Position numbers and translations under genes: made by a program. Shown here piece after piece: positions 52,208-62,732 of a stretch of DNA of 64,000 bases (position 1 is its first letter; every line of letters starts with the position of its first letter). The notes beneath the pieces were generated by a model. The model did no database searches, was not told the origin of the DNA, and saw nothing but the letters and a program-made list of their open reading frames with translations. The stretch covers positions 2,016,001-2,080,000 of the forward strand of contig CBDCDZ010000004.1 in the NCBI GenBank assembly GCA_965215565.1, written 5' to 3'. The stretch comes from Trueperaceae bacterium (GTDB lineage: Bacteria; Deinococcota; Deinococci; Deinococcales; Trueperaceae).

Positions 52208-54061
52208 TCACGCCGCGTCTAACGACTCCTCCAACTGCTGTCGCCTGTCGATGTCGGCGTACCAGCCATCCAGGGCGATGAGTTCCTCGTGCGAGCCCTC
52301 CTCGAGGATGCGCCCTTCTTCCAAGACGATGATACGGTCCGTATTCTGAAAGCCCGAGACGCGGTGCCCGACGATAATGCTGGTGCGCCCCGGCATCACC
52401 TCAGCGAGCCCGTCTAGGATGAGCGCTTCGGTCTGGGTGTCCACAGCGGAGAGGGCGTCATCCAGAATGAGGATGTTCGGATTGCGGATAATCGCCCGCG
52501 CCATCGCCGTGCGCTGCCGCTGACCACCCGAAAGCGTCACGCCGCGCTCGCCTAAACTCGTATCGTAGCCTTGCGGAAACTCTTCTACGTCGCCTGCAAG
52601 CTGCACGAGCCGCGCGACCTCTTGCGCTTTTAGCTTGAGCGCTTCGTCCGTGTCGTCAGGGATGCCATAGGCGATGTTATCCGCAATCGTATCCGAGAAG
52701 AGAAAGGGTTCTTGCGGCACCAGTCCGATGTGGCTGCGCAGGACTTGAAGCGGATACTTTTTGACGTCCACTCCGTCAATCAGCACCGTACCCGAGGTCG
52801 GGTCGATGAGGCGCGTGATGAGGTTGACGATGACGGTCTTGCCCGAGCCCGTATGCCCGGTGACGCCGATGCTCTCCCCCGCCCGGATGCGAAAGGAGAC
52901 GTTCTCCAAGGCGCGGAACTCGCCGAAGTCCACCGTCACGTCGCGGAATTCGATCTCGCCGCGCACGGTATTGAGGCTGTAGTCCGTGTTCTCGTCGTCC
53001 TGGATGTCGGGCTCCGCGTCGAAAATCTCCTTGAGGCGTCCCCAAGAGGTGTAGCCGCGCTGGGCGACGTTGGCAATCCAGCCGAGCGCCAAGAGCGGCC
53101 ACTGAATCAGCGCGAAGAGCAAGACGAAGTCAACGAACGAGCCGACACTCAAATTACCACCAAGCCCGAGCGTAAAGCGCCCGCCGACGAGTAACAGCGC
53201 AGAGATGGCGACGCCGAAGAGGAGTTCCATGAGCGGGAAAAGAGGTCCGTCCACCTTGGTTAGGGAGAGGTTGCGGCGGATGAACTCGTCGTTTAAGCGT
53301 CCGAAGGCGTCCGTCTCGCGCGCTTCGATGCCGAAGCCCTTGACGACGCGGATGCCGCTGAAGTTCTCCTGCGCCATCGCCGAGACGTTGGAAAACTGCT
53401 CCTGCACACGCTCGTAGCGGTGATAGACCATCCGCAAGAGGATGAAGAAGCTGACCGTAATAACGGGAATGATGAGCAGCGTCATCAGGGTCAAGTTGAC
53501 GTTGAGGTTGAACATCCGGTAGAGCGTGAAGCCGATGAGCAAGAATGTGTTGATACCCTGAAAGACGCCCACACCGATGAGCTGGCGCACCGCGCTCAAA
53601 TCCGCCGTGAGCCGCGCCATGAGGTCGCCGACGCGCGTGTTGTCGTAGTAATTCGTACTGAGGTCGGTGAAGTGGCCCATGAGGTCGTGGCGGATGTCAA
53701 ACTGGATTTCCCAACTGGCGTTGAGGATGGTGCGGCGCACCAAGATCATGGCATAGGCAGCGATACCCGCGACGAGCGCCAGCCCGATGATGTAGAGCCA
53801 GATGCTCGGGTTTTCGGGGGTCGTCGTGAGGTTGCGGTAGAGGTCTTGAAAGGTTTCTACATTGCTGAATAAACCGGCAAAGTAAGCCCAGGGAGGGGTA
53901 AGCGTCATCACTTCACGGTTAAAGGCGTCGATGGCGTTACCGATAATTCTGGGCGTTTGCACCGTAAAGAAGCTGTAAACGACGAGCATGAAGATGCCCA
54001 CCGAGAACTGTCTCGGGTAGCGGCGGATATAGGCGTAGAGTTCTTTCGTCATTTTTAGCAT
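52208..54061 (-). CDS. ABC exporter ATP-binding/permease subunit (degenerate Walker B)
   Basis: GHTGSGKT, LSGGQRQR and LDDALS. The adjacent pair suggests a TmrAB/BmrCD-type heterodimer. Confidence 0.95.
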   Translation of the reverse strand: MLKMTKELYAYIRRYPRQFSVGIFMLVVYSFFTVQTPRIIGNAIDAFNREVMTLTPPWAYFAGLFSNVETFQDLYRNLTTTPENPSIWLYIIGLALVAGIAAYAMILVRRTILNASWEIQFDIRHDLMGHFTDLSTNYYDNTRVGDLMARLTADLSAVRQLIGVGVFQGINTFLLIGFTLYRMFNLNVNLTLMTLLIIPVITVSFFILLRMVYHRYERVQEQFSNVSAMAQENFSGIRVVKGFGIEARETDAFGRLNDEFIRRNLSLTKVDGPLFPLMELLFGVAISALLLVGGRFTLGLGGNLSVGSFVDFVLLFALIQWPLLALGWIANVAQRGYTSWGRLKEIFDAEPDIQDDENTDYSLNTVRGEIEFRDVTVDFGEFRALENVSFRIRAGESIGVTGHTGSGKTVIVNLITRLIDPTSGTVLIDGVDVKKYPLQVLRSHIGLVPQEPFLFSDTIADNIAYGIPDDTDEALKLKAQEVARLVQLAGDVEEFPQGYDTSLGERGVTLSGGQRQRTAMARAIIRNPNILILDDALSAVDTQTEALILDGLAEVMPGRTSIIVGHRVSGFQNTDRIIVLEEGRILEEGSHEELIALDGWYADIDRRQQLEESLDAA

Positions 54062-54254
54062 GAATTCCCCTACCCAAGTCGATTTTGATGGTCGCGGTGG
54101 TCGTGATTGATATTGATTTGTGGAGGCTCGAGGCGTCAAAAGCGCTAAGCAGCCTGTGATAGTAGCACGTTTCCAAAAGGCGAAGTTGACGCCCGCTAAC
54201 ACAACATGTAGAAGGGACGTAGCTAATCCACCGGCAGCACGCCGCTCTATTGAT

Positions 54255-55895
54255 TCACGAATCACTCCTACGCCGCCTGAAGAAATCGCTGAGCAGTTCA
54301 CCCGCCTCACGTGCTAAGACGCCGGGGCGCACCTCGATTTCTCTCTTCCAGGGCGACCTCCGCATATCGCTCACACCGCCCAGTGCACCTTCGCGCAGAT
54401 TCGGTGCCCCGTAGACGAGGCGGGGCAGGTGGGCTTGCAAGGCTGCGCCGAAACACATGGGGCAAGGCTCGAGCGTCACATAGAGCGTACACCCCGTCAA
54501 GCGCCAATCGCCTAGCTGGTGCGCCGCGTTTCTGAGCGCACGCACCTCAGCGTGGGCGGTGGGGTCGTGTTCGGCTTCGGTGGCGTTGGCACCCGAGCCG
54601 ATGACGCGCCCCTCATGAACGACGACCGCACCGATGGGCAGCTCTCCCCTAGCGGCGGCGGCTCGAGCCTGCTCTAAAGCCAAACGCACCCAGCGGACAT
54701 CACTGTCCTCTTGAGTTCGGGCGACGCGCACGTCCGCCGCTACCCCTTCAACCCACAACACCTCTTCCTCCGACGCGAGTAGGCGCAGCGTCCCGCGCGC
54801 CTCACGCGGGACTTTACGCCCAATCAAGAGGTCGCTCAGCTTCTTGCTGCCACCCGCTAAGCGGATGCGGTCACCGGGGCGGCGCGTGCGGTAGGTGGTG
54901 TTCGGAAAGGCGGCAAGCTTGGCGGGGTCAACTTCGGGTGGCAAAGCTTGAAGCGGGGCAAACTCGGAAGGCAATTCTGATGTGTTGGGAACAACCTCGA
55001 GCCGCCCGTACGCCAACCGCGCCGTTTTGTCTTTAGGCAGCGAGAGCCGAAAGGGTGAAGCGGTCATGAGGTGTTCACGGAGTGTCTCGACGTGAAAGAG
55101 GTCGGGCGGAACCTCGGCGCGGCGCAGGAGTTCGGCGATAGCTTCGCGTTGCACGGCGGCGTCTTCTTTCTGCAAGGCGCTGATGGGCAAGCCCTCCTCG
55201 AACAACCTCGCCGCGAGCCTTTCAAAGTGCGCTGCTTGATCGCGTTGTAAGACGGCAAGCTGTGCGAGTTGCCCCGCGAGGTTGGGGTAGCGCGCCCTCA
55301 AAAGCGGCAACACCTCGTGGCGCAACCACGCTCTCGTCTTGGAGAGGTCGGCGTTGCTCGCGTCCGTTCGGTAAGTCTGTCCGATAGTCGTCAAGTAACG
55401 CTCGAGGTCCTCTCGTGACCTCTCGAGCAGCGGACGCACCACCCGTCTCTGCTTGGCGGGCATCCCGCGCAGATAGGCGGCACCTCTTAGAAGCTGCATC
55501 AGGACCGTTTCCGCTTGGTCGTCTCGCGTGTGTCCGGTCACGACGGCGTCCGCGCCGAGGCGCTTCGCGGTGCGCGTGAGAAAGGCGTAGCGCAGCCGCC
55601 GCGCGGCGTCCTCTAGGTTCCACCCTTTCGCGCGGGCGATGCGGGCAACCTCGGCGCGTTCGGTGTGAAGAGGTAGGGAGAGGTCCGCGCAGAGTGACCT
55701 TACGAATTCGGCGTCCTCACCCGAATCAGGGCGCAAGGCGTGGTCGAAGTGAGCAATCTCTAAACGGTAGTCCAGGCTCCCGAGCAGCCTGAGCAGCGCC
55801 ACCGAGTCGGAGCCGCCCGAGACCGCCACGAGGAGCGTTCGGGCGGTTGGCTCGAGCCTCTTTATGCGCGCTTCTACGTGCTGCTCTAAAGTCAC
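54255..55895 (-). CDS. tilS: Fused tRNA(Ile)-lysidine synthetase / tRNA adenosine deaminase (TilS-TadA)
   Basis: N-terminal AVSGGSDS, AR..RY, GH..DDQAET and RPLL motifs. C-terminal GELPIGAV, HAE and TLEPCPMC motifs. Confidence 0.93.
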   Translation of the reverse strand: MTLEQHVEARIKRLEPTARTLLVAVSGGSDSVALLRLLGSLDYRLEIAHFDHALRPDSGEDAEFVRSLCADLSLPLHTERAEVARIARAKGWNLEDAARRLRYAFLTRTAKRLGADAVVTGHTRDDQAETVLMQLLRGAAYLRGMPAKQRRVVRPLLERSREDLERYLTTIGQTYRTDASNADLSKTRAWLRHEVLPLLRARYPNLAGQLAQLAVLQRDQAAHFERLAARLFEEGLPISALQKEDAAVQREAIAELLRRAEVPPDLFHVETLREHLMTASPFRLSLPKDKTARLAYGRLEVVPNTSELPSEFAPLQALPPEVDPAKLAAFPNTTYRTRRPGDRIRLAGGSKKLSDLLIGRKVPREARGTLRLLASEEEVLWVEGVAADVRVARTQEDSDVRWVRLALEQARAAAARGELPIGAVVVHEGRVIGSGANATEAEHDPTAHAEVRALRNAAHQLGDWRLTGCTLYVTLEPCPMCFGAALQAHLPRLVYGAPNLREGALGGVSDMRRSPWKREIEVRPGVLAREAGELLSDFFRRRRSDS

Positions 55896-55933
55896 TACGC
55901 CATTATCGCCTATTCAGCCCGCTATACTGAGCC

Positions 55934-57094
55934 ATGACCGTTACCATCATCGTACTCGATTCCGTCGGCGTCGGCGCGCTGCCCGACGCCGAGTCCTTCG
56001 GCGACGCGGGCGCGCACACGCTTGACCATACATTGGAGAAAACAGGCGTAGAGCTGCCGAACTTTCAGAAGTTAGGGCTGGGGAATATCCAGAGCGTCTC
56101 CTCCATACCTCCTGCTGACACCCCTTCGGGCGCTTACGGACGCCTCAATGAAGTCTCTCCCGGCAAAGACACCACGACGGGACACTGGGAGTTTATGGGC
56201 GTGCACCTCGAAGAGCCTTTCAACACCTTTGAGTGCTTTCCGCAAGAGGTCATGGACGCTTTTGATGAGGTGACGGGTACCGGGCATCTCGGCAACCGCC
56301 CCGCTTCGGGCACGCAGATTATCGAAGACTTGGGAGCCGAACACCTCCAGACAGGGCGACCCATCGTCTACACGAGCGCCGACAGCGTCTTTCAGATTGC
56401 GACGCACGTCGACGTCACGCCGCTCCAGACGCTCTACGAGTGGTGCGAAGGCGCGAGGGAGATTTTGAGGGGGAAGTACGCAGTTGCCAGGGTCATCGCC
56501 CGTCCTTTCAGGGGTGAACCCGGCTCCTTTACACGCATCGGCGAGGCGCGCAAAGACTTCTCGCTGACGCCGCCGCACCCAACCGTGCTCAATGCGCTAC
56601 GAAACGCTGGAGAAGAGGTCATCGGCATCGGGAAAATCCCGGATATCTACAACCACAGCGGCTTCACCCAAGAGATTCATACAGATTCGAACTTGGACGG
56701 CGTCGAGAAGACCTTAAATGCGATGCGAGCGCGCCCGAACGGGCTCATCTTTTGCAACCTCGTCGAATTCGACTCGCTCTACGGGCACCGCCGTAACCCG
56801 CAGGGCTACGCCGAGGCGCTCGGAGAGGTGGACGAGCGGTTGCCGGACCTCTTAGACGCGGTGGGCGAGGGTGACATGCTCTTCTTCGTGAGCGACCACG
56901 GCAACGATCCGACATGGCACGGCACGGACCACACGCGGGAGTACGGGCTCTTGCTTGCTTACGGTGGGCGGACCGCCGAGTTGGGCACGCGCGGGAGCTT
57001 CGCCGACTTAGGCGCGAGCGTGGCGGCGCTTTTAGGGGTGACGTGGGATGGCGCAGGCGAGAGCTTTGCGGCGCAGCTACAGGGCCCATCTTAG
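55934..57094 (+). CDS. deoB: Phosphopentomutase
   Basis: [33 protein letters not shown] and DHGNDPT..GTDHTRE motifs. Confidence 0.96.
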   Translation: MTVTIIVLDSVGVGALPDAESFGDAGAHTLDHTLEKTGVELPNFQKLGLGNIQSVSSIPPADTPSGAYGRLNEVSPGKDTTTGHWEFMGVHLEEPFNTFECFPQEVMDAFDEVTGTGHLGNRPASGTQIIEDLGAEHLQTGRPIVYTSADSVFQIATHVDVTPLQTLYEWCEGAREILRGKYAVARVIARPFRGEPGSFTRIGEARKDFSLTPPHPTVLNALRNAGEEVIGIGKIPDIYNHSGFTQEIHTDSNLDGVEKTLNAMRARPNGLIFCNLVEFDSLYGHRRNPQGYAEALGEVDERLPDLLDAVGEGDMLFFVSDHGNDPTWHGTDHTREYGLLLAYGGRTAELGTRGSFADLGASVAALLGVTWDGAGESFAAQLQGPS

Positions 57095-57640
57095 GACGGC
57101 CCTAGCCCCCACGAGCAGCAGCGCCAGGCTGGAAAACGCGAGGTGCTGCGCGAACGATACGAGGTTACTCTGCCGCCACGTCCGCGCGAGTTCGCTTAGA
57201 GAGGGCTCTACGACAAATAAGAGTTGCGCTTCAGCGTCCGTTATAGAGATGATGTCACTCGTTGTAGTAACGTAAAGAGGTTCCAACACCTCGTCCTCAG
57301 CAAGCGTGCCCACTTGCAAGCTCACGACGTATGTGTAGGCGTTTTCGGGAAACCCCAAATAGGTTTCGGGGTCCAGGTAGCGCGCGTCCAAGTCTAGCAG
57401 TAGGGCGGCGCGCCGCCCTTCGCACGAACCTTTCACCTCGTAGCGCACGTCGGCGCGGCTCAGCGTAGCCTCCAACTGCTCACGTAACTCGCGCTTAAAA
57501 GGCGCTGTCTGAGGCGCGCCCGGTCCTGAAACTTCGGTTTCGACCGAGCGCGGCTCTAAGCAGAGCGTGGTCCTTTCTAGCTGCGGCTCAATGCGCCCGT
57601 GATCTGCGGACGCAAAAGCGAGCAGGGTGCAAAGGGGCAA
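57077..57640 (-). CDS. Hypothetical exported/membrane-anchored protein; start uncertain (possibly ~57661)
   Basis: Signal-like N-terminus, two Cys and a C-terminal TM segment. Confidence 0.55.
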   Translation of the reverse strand: MPLCTLLAFASADHGRIEPQLERTTLCLEPRSVETEVSGPGAPQTAPFKRELREQLEATLSRADVRYEVKGSCEGRRAALLLDLDARYLDPETYLGFPENAYTYVVSLQVGTLAEDEVLEPLYVTTTSDIISITDAEAQLLFVVEPSLSELARTWRQSNLVSFAQHLAFSSLALLLVGARAVLRWAL

Positions 57641-57657
57641 GAGGTGTAGAATGCGGC

Positions 57658-59004
57658 TCAGTTCTGCGGGACTCCTCTATACGTTTCCTCTTGGAAGCTA
57701 CCCTCGGCACTGTTTCCGACTGATCCACCTGTCACATAGATATTTCCGTTCATCGCGCCGCTCACCATAGACTGAAGAGGGGTGGGCAAATCGGTGAGCG
57801 AAGTCCACTCGTCCGCCGCTGGGTCATAAGCAAACACGTCGCGAACGGCGTCTAGGTGGTTCACCTCGCCGCCCACCACAATGATGCGCCCGTCCAGAGC
57901 GAAGCTCGAGTTAGAGATGTGGCTGAGCCCTTTGGGCAGGCTTTGCACCGCGCTCCAGGCGTCCGCCGCCGGGTCATAAGTGTGCACGTCAGCGTAGGTC
58001 GTGAGCGCGCCGTCATGGTCCGTCTGTCCGCCGATAGCGTAGATTTTGCCGTTCAAAACCGCCGAGCCCAAGTGATTGCGCGGCGCAGGCAGGGGCGCAG
58101 CTATCGTCCAGGAGGTCGCGCCGTTCGCTAGGTCGAGGACGAAGTGATAGGCGACGTCGCTCTGGCGGTTCGCACTCGTCCCGCCGAAGTAGTGGAGCTT
58201 GCCGTTTAAGACTTCCATCTGTCCCGCCGAATGACGGTTGTTGGGTCCGCTCTCATCGGTCTGCGGCAGGTCAGGTAGGCGGCTGTAGCCGTCCTCGGAA
58301 ACATCGTAGCGCCACACTTCGGGCGTGCCGAAAATCTGAAAGTCGCCGTCCTCGTCCGAGGTGTAGCCGCCTGCGAAAAAGATATCCTCGCCGTCCGTCG
58401 CCGTGCCCGCGTGCGTCACGCCGCCGTAGCCCGTACCGTTCATCGGCGGCATATCCGCAAGAGAGGTCCAGGTGTTTTGCTCGGGGTCGTAAACGTAGGC
58501 GCGCGCGGTCGGCGTAAAGTTGCCCTCGCGCACCTCCAAGATGTCGAAGCCGCCGAAGACGTACATCTTGCCGTCCACCACCTCGCCTTGCGCCTCCGCA
58601 ACCTTATATTCCTGCGGCGCGACGCGCTCCCAGGTGAGATCGGTGAACGCGGGCTCGGGTTCCGTCTCGCTTACTGTGACCGTCGTCGCTTGCGCATCAT
58701 CCTCTTCGCCGTCGCTGACCGTGAGCGTCACTCCATACTCTCCGGCGGCGTCGTAGGTATGCGCCACCTGGACGCCCTCGCCTGTCTCTCCGTCTCCAAA
58801 GGTCCAAGCGTAACTGAGCGCGTCGCCTTCGGGATCACTCGAGCCCGAAGCGTCGAAGATCACCTCCAAAGGCGCGTCGCCGCGCTCGGGCGTCGCACTA
58901 AAGGCGGCGCTGGGCGCTTCGTTGGGTGGGACAGGCTCTACCTCGGGTTCGCAGGCGATGAGAAAGAGCAGTAGAAAGAGAAAAGTTAAGTTGTGTATAC
59001 GCAT
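57658..59004 (-). CDS. Lipoprotein with PKD domain and Kelch beta-propeller
   Basis: Lipobox LIAC, PKD motif Y.W.FGDG...H.Y...G.Y.V.L.V.D, and six Kelch repeats (G..Y..GG...YDP....W). Confidence 0.9.
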   Translation of the reverse strand: MRIHNLTFLFLLLFLIACEPEVEPVPPNEAPSAAFSATPERGDAPLEVIFDASGSSDPEGDALSYAWTFGDGETGEGVQVAHTYDAAGEYGVTLTVSDGEEDDAQATTVTVSETEPEPAFTDLTWERVAPQEYKVAEAQGEVVDGKMYVFGGFDILEVREGNFTPTARAYVYDPEQNTWTSLADMPPMNGTGYGGVTHAGTATDGEDIFFAGGYTSDEDGDFQIFGTPEVWRYDVSEDGYSRLPDLPQTDESGPNNRHSAGQMEVLNGKLHYFGGTSANRQSDVAYHFVLDLANGATSWTIAAPLPAPRNHLGSAVLNGKIYAIGGQTDHDGALTTYADVHTYDPAADAWSAVQSLPKGLSHISNSSFALDGRIIVVGGEVNHLDAVRDVFAYDPAADEWTSLTDLPTPLQSMVSGAMNGNIYVTGGSVGNSAEGSFQEETYRGVPQN

Positions 59005-59210
59005 GATGCCCCCCTGGGTAGCAGATAGTCGCGCCTTGGAACACGGGCGATTTAACTCGAGCGAATATAGACAAACGCTCTTGGTTTGACGATTTGCCGC
59101 AATGAAGCTGCGCGGTGTATAAGCGCAAACACTTCACCAGTAACGTAAGTTCTTATAATAACCCCGGACCTGAGTGCGCCTTTGGACCTATGAACACTTC
59201 GTTAAGAGTT

Positions 59211-59339
59211 TTATACGGATTCCGGTGAGCACGGAAGAAACTCCGAAGGAGTTTATGCAGTAATCAATCGGAATCCGTACTTTTTCATCTCGCATCCGCT
59301 CCGGGTAATTCCTACGGGAATTACCCGGAAACCGTATTA
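59211..59339. repeat. SRE-like modular hairpin element, copy 2
   Basis: Ends TTATACGGATTCCGG / CCGGAAACCGTATTA. The reverse complement of the first hairpin matches 2988-3028 exactly. Confidence 0.85.
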
Positions 59340-59383
59340 CCTCGAGCCGAGTCCATTTGACGCAAGCAGCGTCACGGCGCAAT

Positions 59384-59410
59384 AAAAAAGCTCGAGCTTG
59401 GGCTCGAGCC
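59384..59410 (-). terminator. Intrinsic terminator of the rplQ operon
   Basis: GCTCGAGC-4nt-GCTCGAGC stem followed by T6 on the minus strand. Confidence 0.7.
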
Positions 59411-59428
59411 TCTTCAGACTGTGGGCGT

Positions 59429-59794
59429 TTATTCAGCGTCGTCAGTGACGAGTTCGATAAGCGCTTCTTGCGCCCCGTCGCCGCGGCGCTGCTCTAGGCG
59501 GTAGATGCGCGTGTAGCCACCCGGACGCGACGCGAAGCTCGGCGCGATATCGTCCATGAGTTTACGCACGACCTCTTGATCGTGAATCTCGCGCAGCACC
59601 AGGCGGCGAGCGTGCAAATCGCCCCCCTTAGCTGTCGTGATGAGCTTCTCAACGTAAGGGCGGAGGTTTTTCGCCTTCGCGAGCGTGGTTTTGATGCGTC
59701 CGTGACGTAAGAGCGCCGTCGTCTGAGCGCGGTTGAGCGCGATACGGTGGCTACTGCTGCGGTTAAGCTTGCGTCCGCTAATTTGATGTCTCAT
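59429..59794 (-). CDS. rplQ: 50S ribosomal protein L17
   Basis: MRH...RKLNR..SHR, I.TT..KAK and RPGGYTRI motifs. Confidence 0.98.
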   Translation of the reverse strand: MRHQISGRKLNRSSSHRIALNRAQTTALLRHGRIKTTLAKAKNLRPYVEKLITTAKGGDLHARRLVLREIHDQEVVRKLMDDIAPSFASRPGGYTRIYRLEQRRGDGAQEALIELVTDDAE

Positions 59795-59875
59795 TCTCGA
59801 TCCTCCCTACAGAAGTAGCAGGAACGGACCACGAAAGAGGGGTGGCCCTTAACTGCTAACCGTACAAACTTGGGT

Positions 59876-60811
59876 CTATTCCTTGAGCGACAGCCCACGC
59901 GAATTGAGCTGCTCGATGATCTCTTCTAGTGACTTGTCACCGACGCCGCCCACTTTTTTGAGGTCGCGTTCGCTGAGCGCTAAAAGCGCGTCCACCGAGT
60001 CGATACCCTCTTCTTGGAGGGAGTGAAGGACGCGGCTAGATAAGTCTAAGCTCTCTAAGCTCATGCGCACGGGTTCGCTCTTGGTGATGGTGGACTCGTC
60101 CGCGACTTGCGTCGGTGCGCTGACGACGGGTACAGGCTCCTCGACTTCGCCCTCGCCACTAAAGACGCTGAGCTGGTTGCGCATCGTCTCAACCGCCATG
60201 TTGAGCGCCCGCTCCGGCTCGACGCTGCCGTCCGTCCAGACGCGCAAGACCAAGCGGTCAAGGTCAGTTTTTTGCCCGACGCGGGTGTCTTCGACGCGGT
60301 AGGCGACGCGGCGCACGGGCGTGTAAACCGCGTCCACCGGGATCGAGTTGATGCGGTCTTTCGTCGCGTGAATCTCGGCGGGGATGTAGCCCACACCGGG
60401 CTCGACGCGCACTTCCATGATGAGCTTGCCGCCCGTCAAGGTGGCGATGTGAAGCTCGGGGTTAATGACTTCCGCGCCCATCGGCACTTCGAAGTTCGCC
60501 GCTGTGACCTCGCCCGACTCTTCGGCGCGGAGCATGAGGGTGACGGGCTCGTTGTCGTGCAGCTTGACGACTAACTCTTTGAGGTTGAGGATAATCTGCA
60601 TGACATCCTCTTTAACGCCGTCAATCGTGGAAAACTCGTGTAAAACGTCCTCGATGTAAACGCTCGTGACCGCTGTACCGGGGATGGACGAGAGCAAGAT
60701 GCGGCGGAGCGGGTTGCCCAAGGTGACGCCGTAACCGCGTGGCAGCGGCTCAACGACGAACTCACCGTATCTGTCGGTGGCGTTGCTGGTAAATTCTGGG
60801 GTGATTTGCAT
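59876..60811 (-). CDS. rpoA: RNA polymerase alpha subunit
   Basis: EPL.RGYG.TLGN.LRRILLSS.PG, HEFSTI.GVKED and IPVDA.Y.PV motifs. Confidence 0.98.
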   Translation of the reverse strand: MQITPEFTSNATDRYGEFVVEPLPRGYGVTLGNPLRRILLSSIPGTAVTSVYIEDVLHEFSTIDGVKEDVMQIILNLKELVVKLHDNEPVTLMLRAEESGEVTAANFEVPMGAEVINPELHIATLTGGKLIMEVRVEPGVGYIPAEIHATKDRINSIPVDAVYTPVRRVAYRVEDTRVGQKTDLDRLVLRVWTDGSVEPERALNMAVETMRNQLSVFSGEGEVEEPVPVVSAPTQVADESTITKSEPVRMSLESLDLSSRVLHSLQEEGIDSVDALLALSERDLKKVGGVGDKSLEEIIEQLNSRGLSLKE

Positions 60812-60913
60812 GAAACTCCTGAAGAGGTGAAAGGACTGAGTGCTGAGGACTGAGTAAAACCTCTTTTCTCCCTACGAGGTTTTCAACTACTCAGTCTTCA
60901 GTCCTCTTCTCTT

Positions 60914-61543
60914 TTACCTAGAATAATACTCGATAACCTGAAGCTCATTCACCGGCACCACGAGGTCTTCTCTCGCGGGTGGGCGCAGGAACTTGCCCTT
61001 CAAGTTTTCGGGGTCAAACTCGAGCCAGGGCGAGAGCTTGCGGCGGCGGGTCGCCTCGACGTTCTCGCGAATCAAACCGAACGAGCGCGCGCTCGGCAAG
61101 ACCGAGACCTCTTCGCCGGGGTTGACGGGGTAGCTGGCGACATCTAAGCGTCTGCCGTTCACACCGATATGCCCCTGGTTGATGAACTGACGCGCCTGAG
61201 CGCGGCTGCTGGCGATACCTAGACGGTAAACGATACTATCCAAACGGCTTTCCAGAAGGGATAGGAAAACTTCTCCCGTTGCGCCTTCTTGCCTAGTGGC
61301 TTCGTCGAAGAGGTTCTTAAACTGCTTCTCGCTCATGCCGTAAAAGCGGCGGAGCTTCTGCTTCTCGCGCAACCGGATACCGTAGTCGCTCATCTTGCGG
61401 CTGCGGCGCTGTCCGTGTTGTCCGGGCGGGTAGGGACGCTTCTCTATGGCGCACTTCGCGCTGTAGCAGCGGTCCCCCTTGAGGTAAAGCTTCGTCCCCT
61501 CGCGGCGACAGAGCTTACAGACGGGTCCTGTGTAACGTGCCAT
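60914..61543 (-). CDS. rpsD: 30S ribosomal protein S4 (Zn-binding, four Cys)
   Basis: MARYTGPVCKLCRREG, PGQHG, LESRLD and VIEYYSR motifs. Confidence 0.98.
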   Translation of the reverse strand: MARYTGPVCKLCRREGTKLYLKGDRCYSAKCAIEKRPYPPGQHGQRRSRKMSDYGIRLREKQKLRRFYGMSEKQFKNLFDEATRQEGATGEVFLSLLESRLDSIVYRLGIASSRAQARQFINQGHIGVNGRRLDVASYPVNPGEEVSVLPSARSFGLIRENVEATRRRKLSPWLEFDPENLKGKFLRPPAREDLVVPVNELQVIEYYSR

Positions 61544-61707
61544 GAATCTCCTTCAAAAAATAGGGTGAGGTGGTCTCTTAACGTTTCTACTGAGAAAGCT
61601 TGTCAGCACTTCAGCATAGGTGAAGGCTGAAAGCCTTCGAGCTTCGCTCTAACCTATGTCAGCATGTCAGGTTTCGGTTTTCCCTGACAAGCTGAAGTGC
61701 TGAGTTG

Positions 61708-62106
61708 CTACATCCGTTTACGCTTACGCAGCCTGCAGCCATTATGCGGAACCGGCGTCGAGTCGATGATCGAGCGCACGTTCACGCCCGTGCCTTGAAT
61801 CGAGCGGATGGCTTGCTCGCGCCCCGAGCCTGTGCCGCGAATGACGATGTCGAGTTGCGATAAGCCCATGTTCTGCGCCTTGCGCGTGGCGTCGGCGGCG
61901 GCGAGTTGAGCGGCGTAGGGCGTGCCTTTTTTCGAGCCCTTGTAGCCGATGCTGCCCGAGCTAGACCAGGCAACGGGGTTGCCGTCCATATCGGTGATGG
62001 TGACAATCGTGTTGTTGTAGCTCGCGTGGATGAACGCTTTGCCCTCGGTGAGGTTGCGTTTGACGCGCTTTTTGGCGCTTCTGCCTCTTGCGGGTGTCTT
62101 AGCCAT
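61708..62106 (-). CDS. rpsK: 30S ribosomal protein S11
   Basis: NNTIVTITD, KGSKKGTPYAAQ and TPVPHNGCR motifs. Confidence 0.98.
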   Translation of the reverse strand: MAKTPARGRSAKKRVKRNLTEGKAFIHASYNNTIVTITDMDGNPVAWSSSGSIGYKGSKKGTPYAAQLAAADATRKAQNMGLSQLDIVIRGTGSGREQAIRSIQGTGVNVRSIIDSTPVPHNGCRLRKRKRM

Positions 62107-62483
62107 TATTTCGTCGCTTTCTTCTTACCGGCAACCGTGCGGCGCGGACCTTTGCGGGTGCGGGCGTTCGTCTTACTGGACTGACCGCGCACAGGTAGAC
62201 CGCGGCGGTGACGCAGACCGCGATACGAACCGATGTCCATAAGACGCTTGATGTTCAGTTGAATCTCGCGGCGCAAGTCACCTTCAACTTTGTAAGTGTT
62301 CTCGATGATTTCGCGGAGCTTAGCGACTTCGGTTTCCGCTAAGTCTTTCACGCGGGTGTCGGGGTCAACTTCGGCTTGGGTGAGGACGGTCTGCGAGCGG
62401 CTCGGACCGATGCCATAGATATAAGGAAGCGCCGCCTCGACGCGCTTCTCGCGGGGTAAATCAACGCCTGCAATACGTGCCAT
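62106..62483 (-). CDS. rpsM: 30S ribosomal protein S13
   Basis: [25 protein letters not shown] and TNARTRKG motifs. Confidence 0.98.
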   Translation of the reverse strand: MARIAGVDLPREKRVEAALPYIYGIGPSRSQTVLTQAEVDPDTRVKDLAETEVAKLREIIENTYKVEGDLRREIQLNIKRLMDIGSYRGLRHRRGLPVRGQSSKTNARTRKGPRRTVAGKKKATK

Positions 62484-62485
62484 GC

Positions 62486-62602
62486 TTAACCTTGCCTTTG
62501 CTTATGCTTGGGGTTCGACGAGCAGATGACGTACACCTTGCCGTGCCGACGGATGACTTTACACCTGTCGCAGATGGGTTTAACGGATGCGCGAACTTTC
62601 AT
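62486..62602 (-). CDS. rpmJ: 50S ribosomal protein L36 (not in the ORF track)
   Basis: Translates as [38 protein letters not shown]. Confidence 0.97.
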   Translation of the reverse strand: MKVRASVKPICDRCKVIRRHGKVYVICSSNPKHKQRQG

Positions 62603-62624
62603 GTGTACACCTACTTTCCTATTT

Positions 62625-62732
62625 CTCTAATTCTCATTGCTGAGTTTGAATAACGCAGCTATCATCTTAGTATGTGAGTTCTAGTCGATTCTTTCTCGAG
62701 TGAGCCCATCTCTGACCAGATAATACCTGCTA
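62625..62732 (-). mobile_element. MITE family A copy inside the ribosomal operon; distal end approximate
   Basis: The reverse complement begins TAGCAGGTATTATCTGGTCAG and aligns with the 5227 copy. Its TAG is the infA stop. Confidence 0.65.

Noticed and set aside
54062..54310. Long N-terminal extensions in the ORF track (ABC gene to 54310; likewise infA to 63131, hydrolase from 41848, pckA to 36465, bioY to 5128)
   Set aside because: They overlap neighbouring genes or repeats, or lack family-like sequence. Downstream ATGs fit the Shine-Dalgarno signals and family lengths better.
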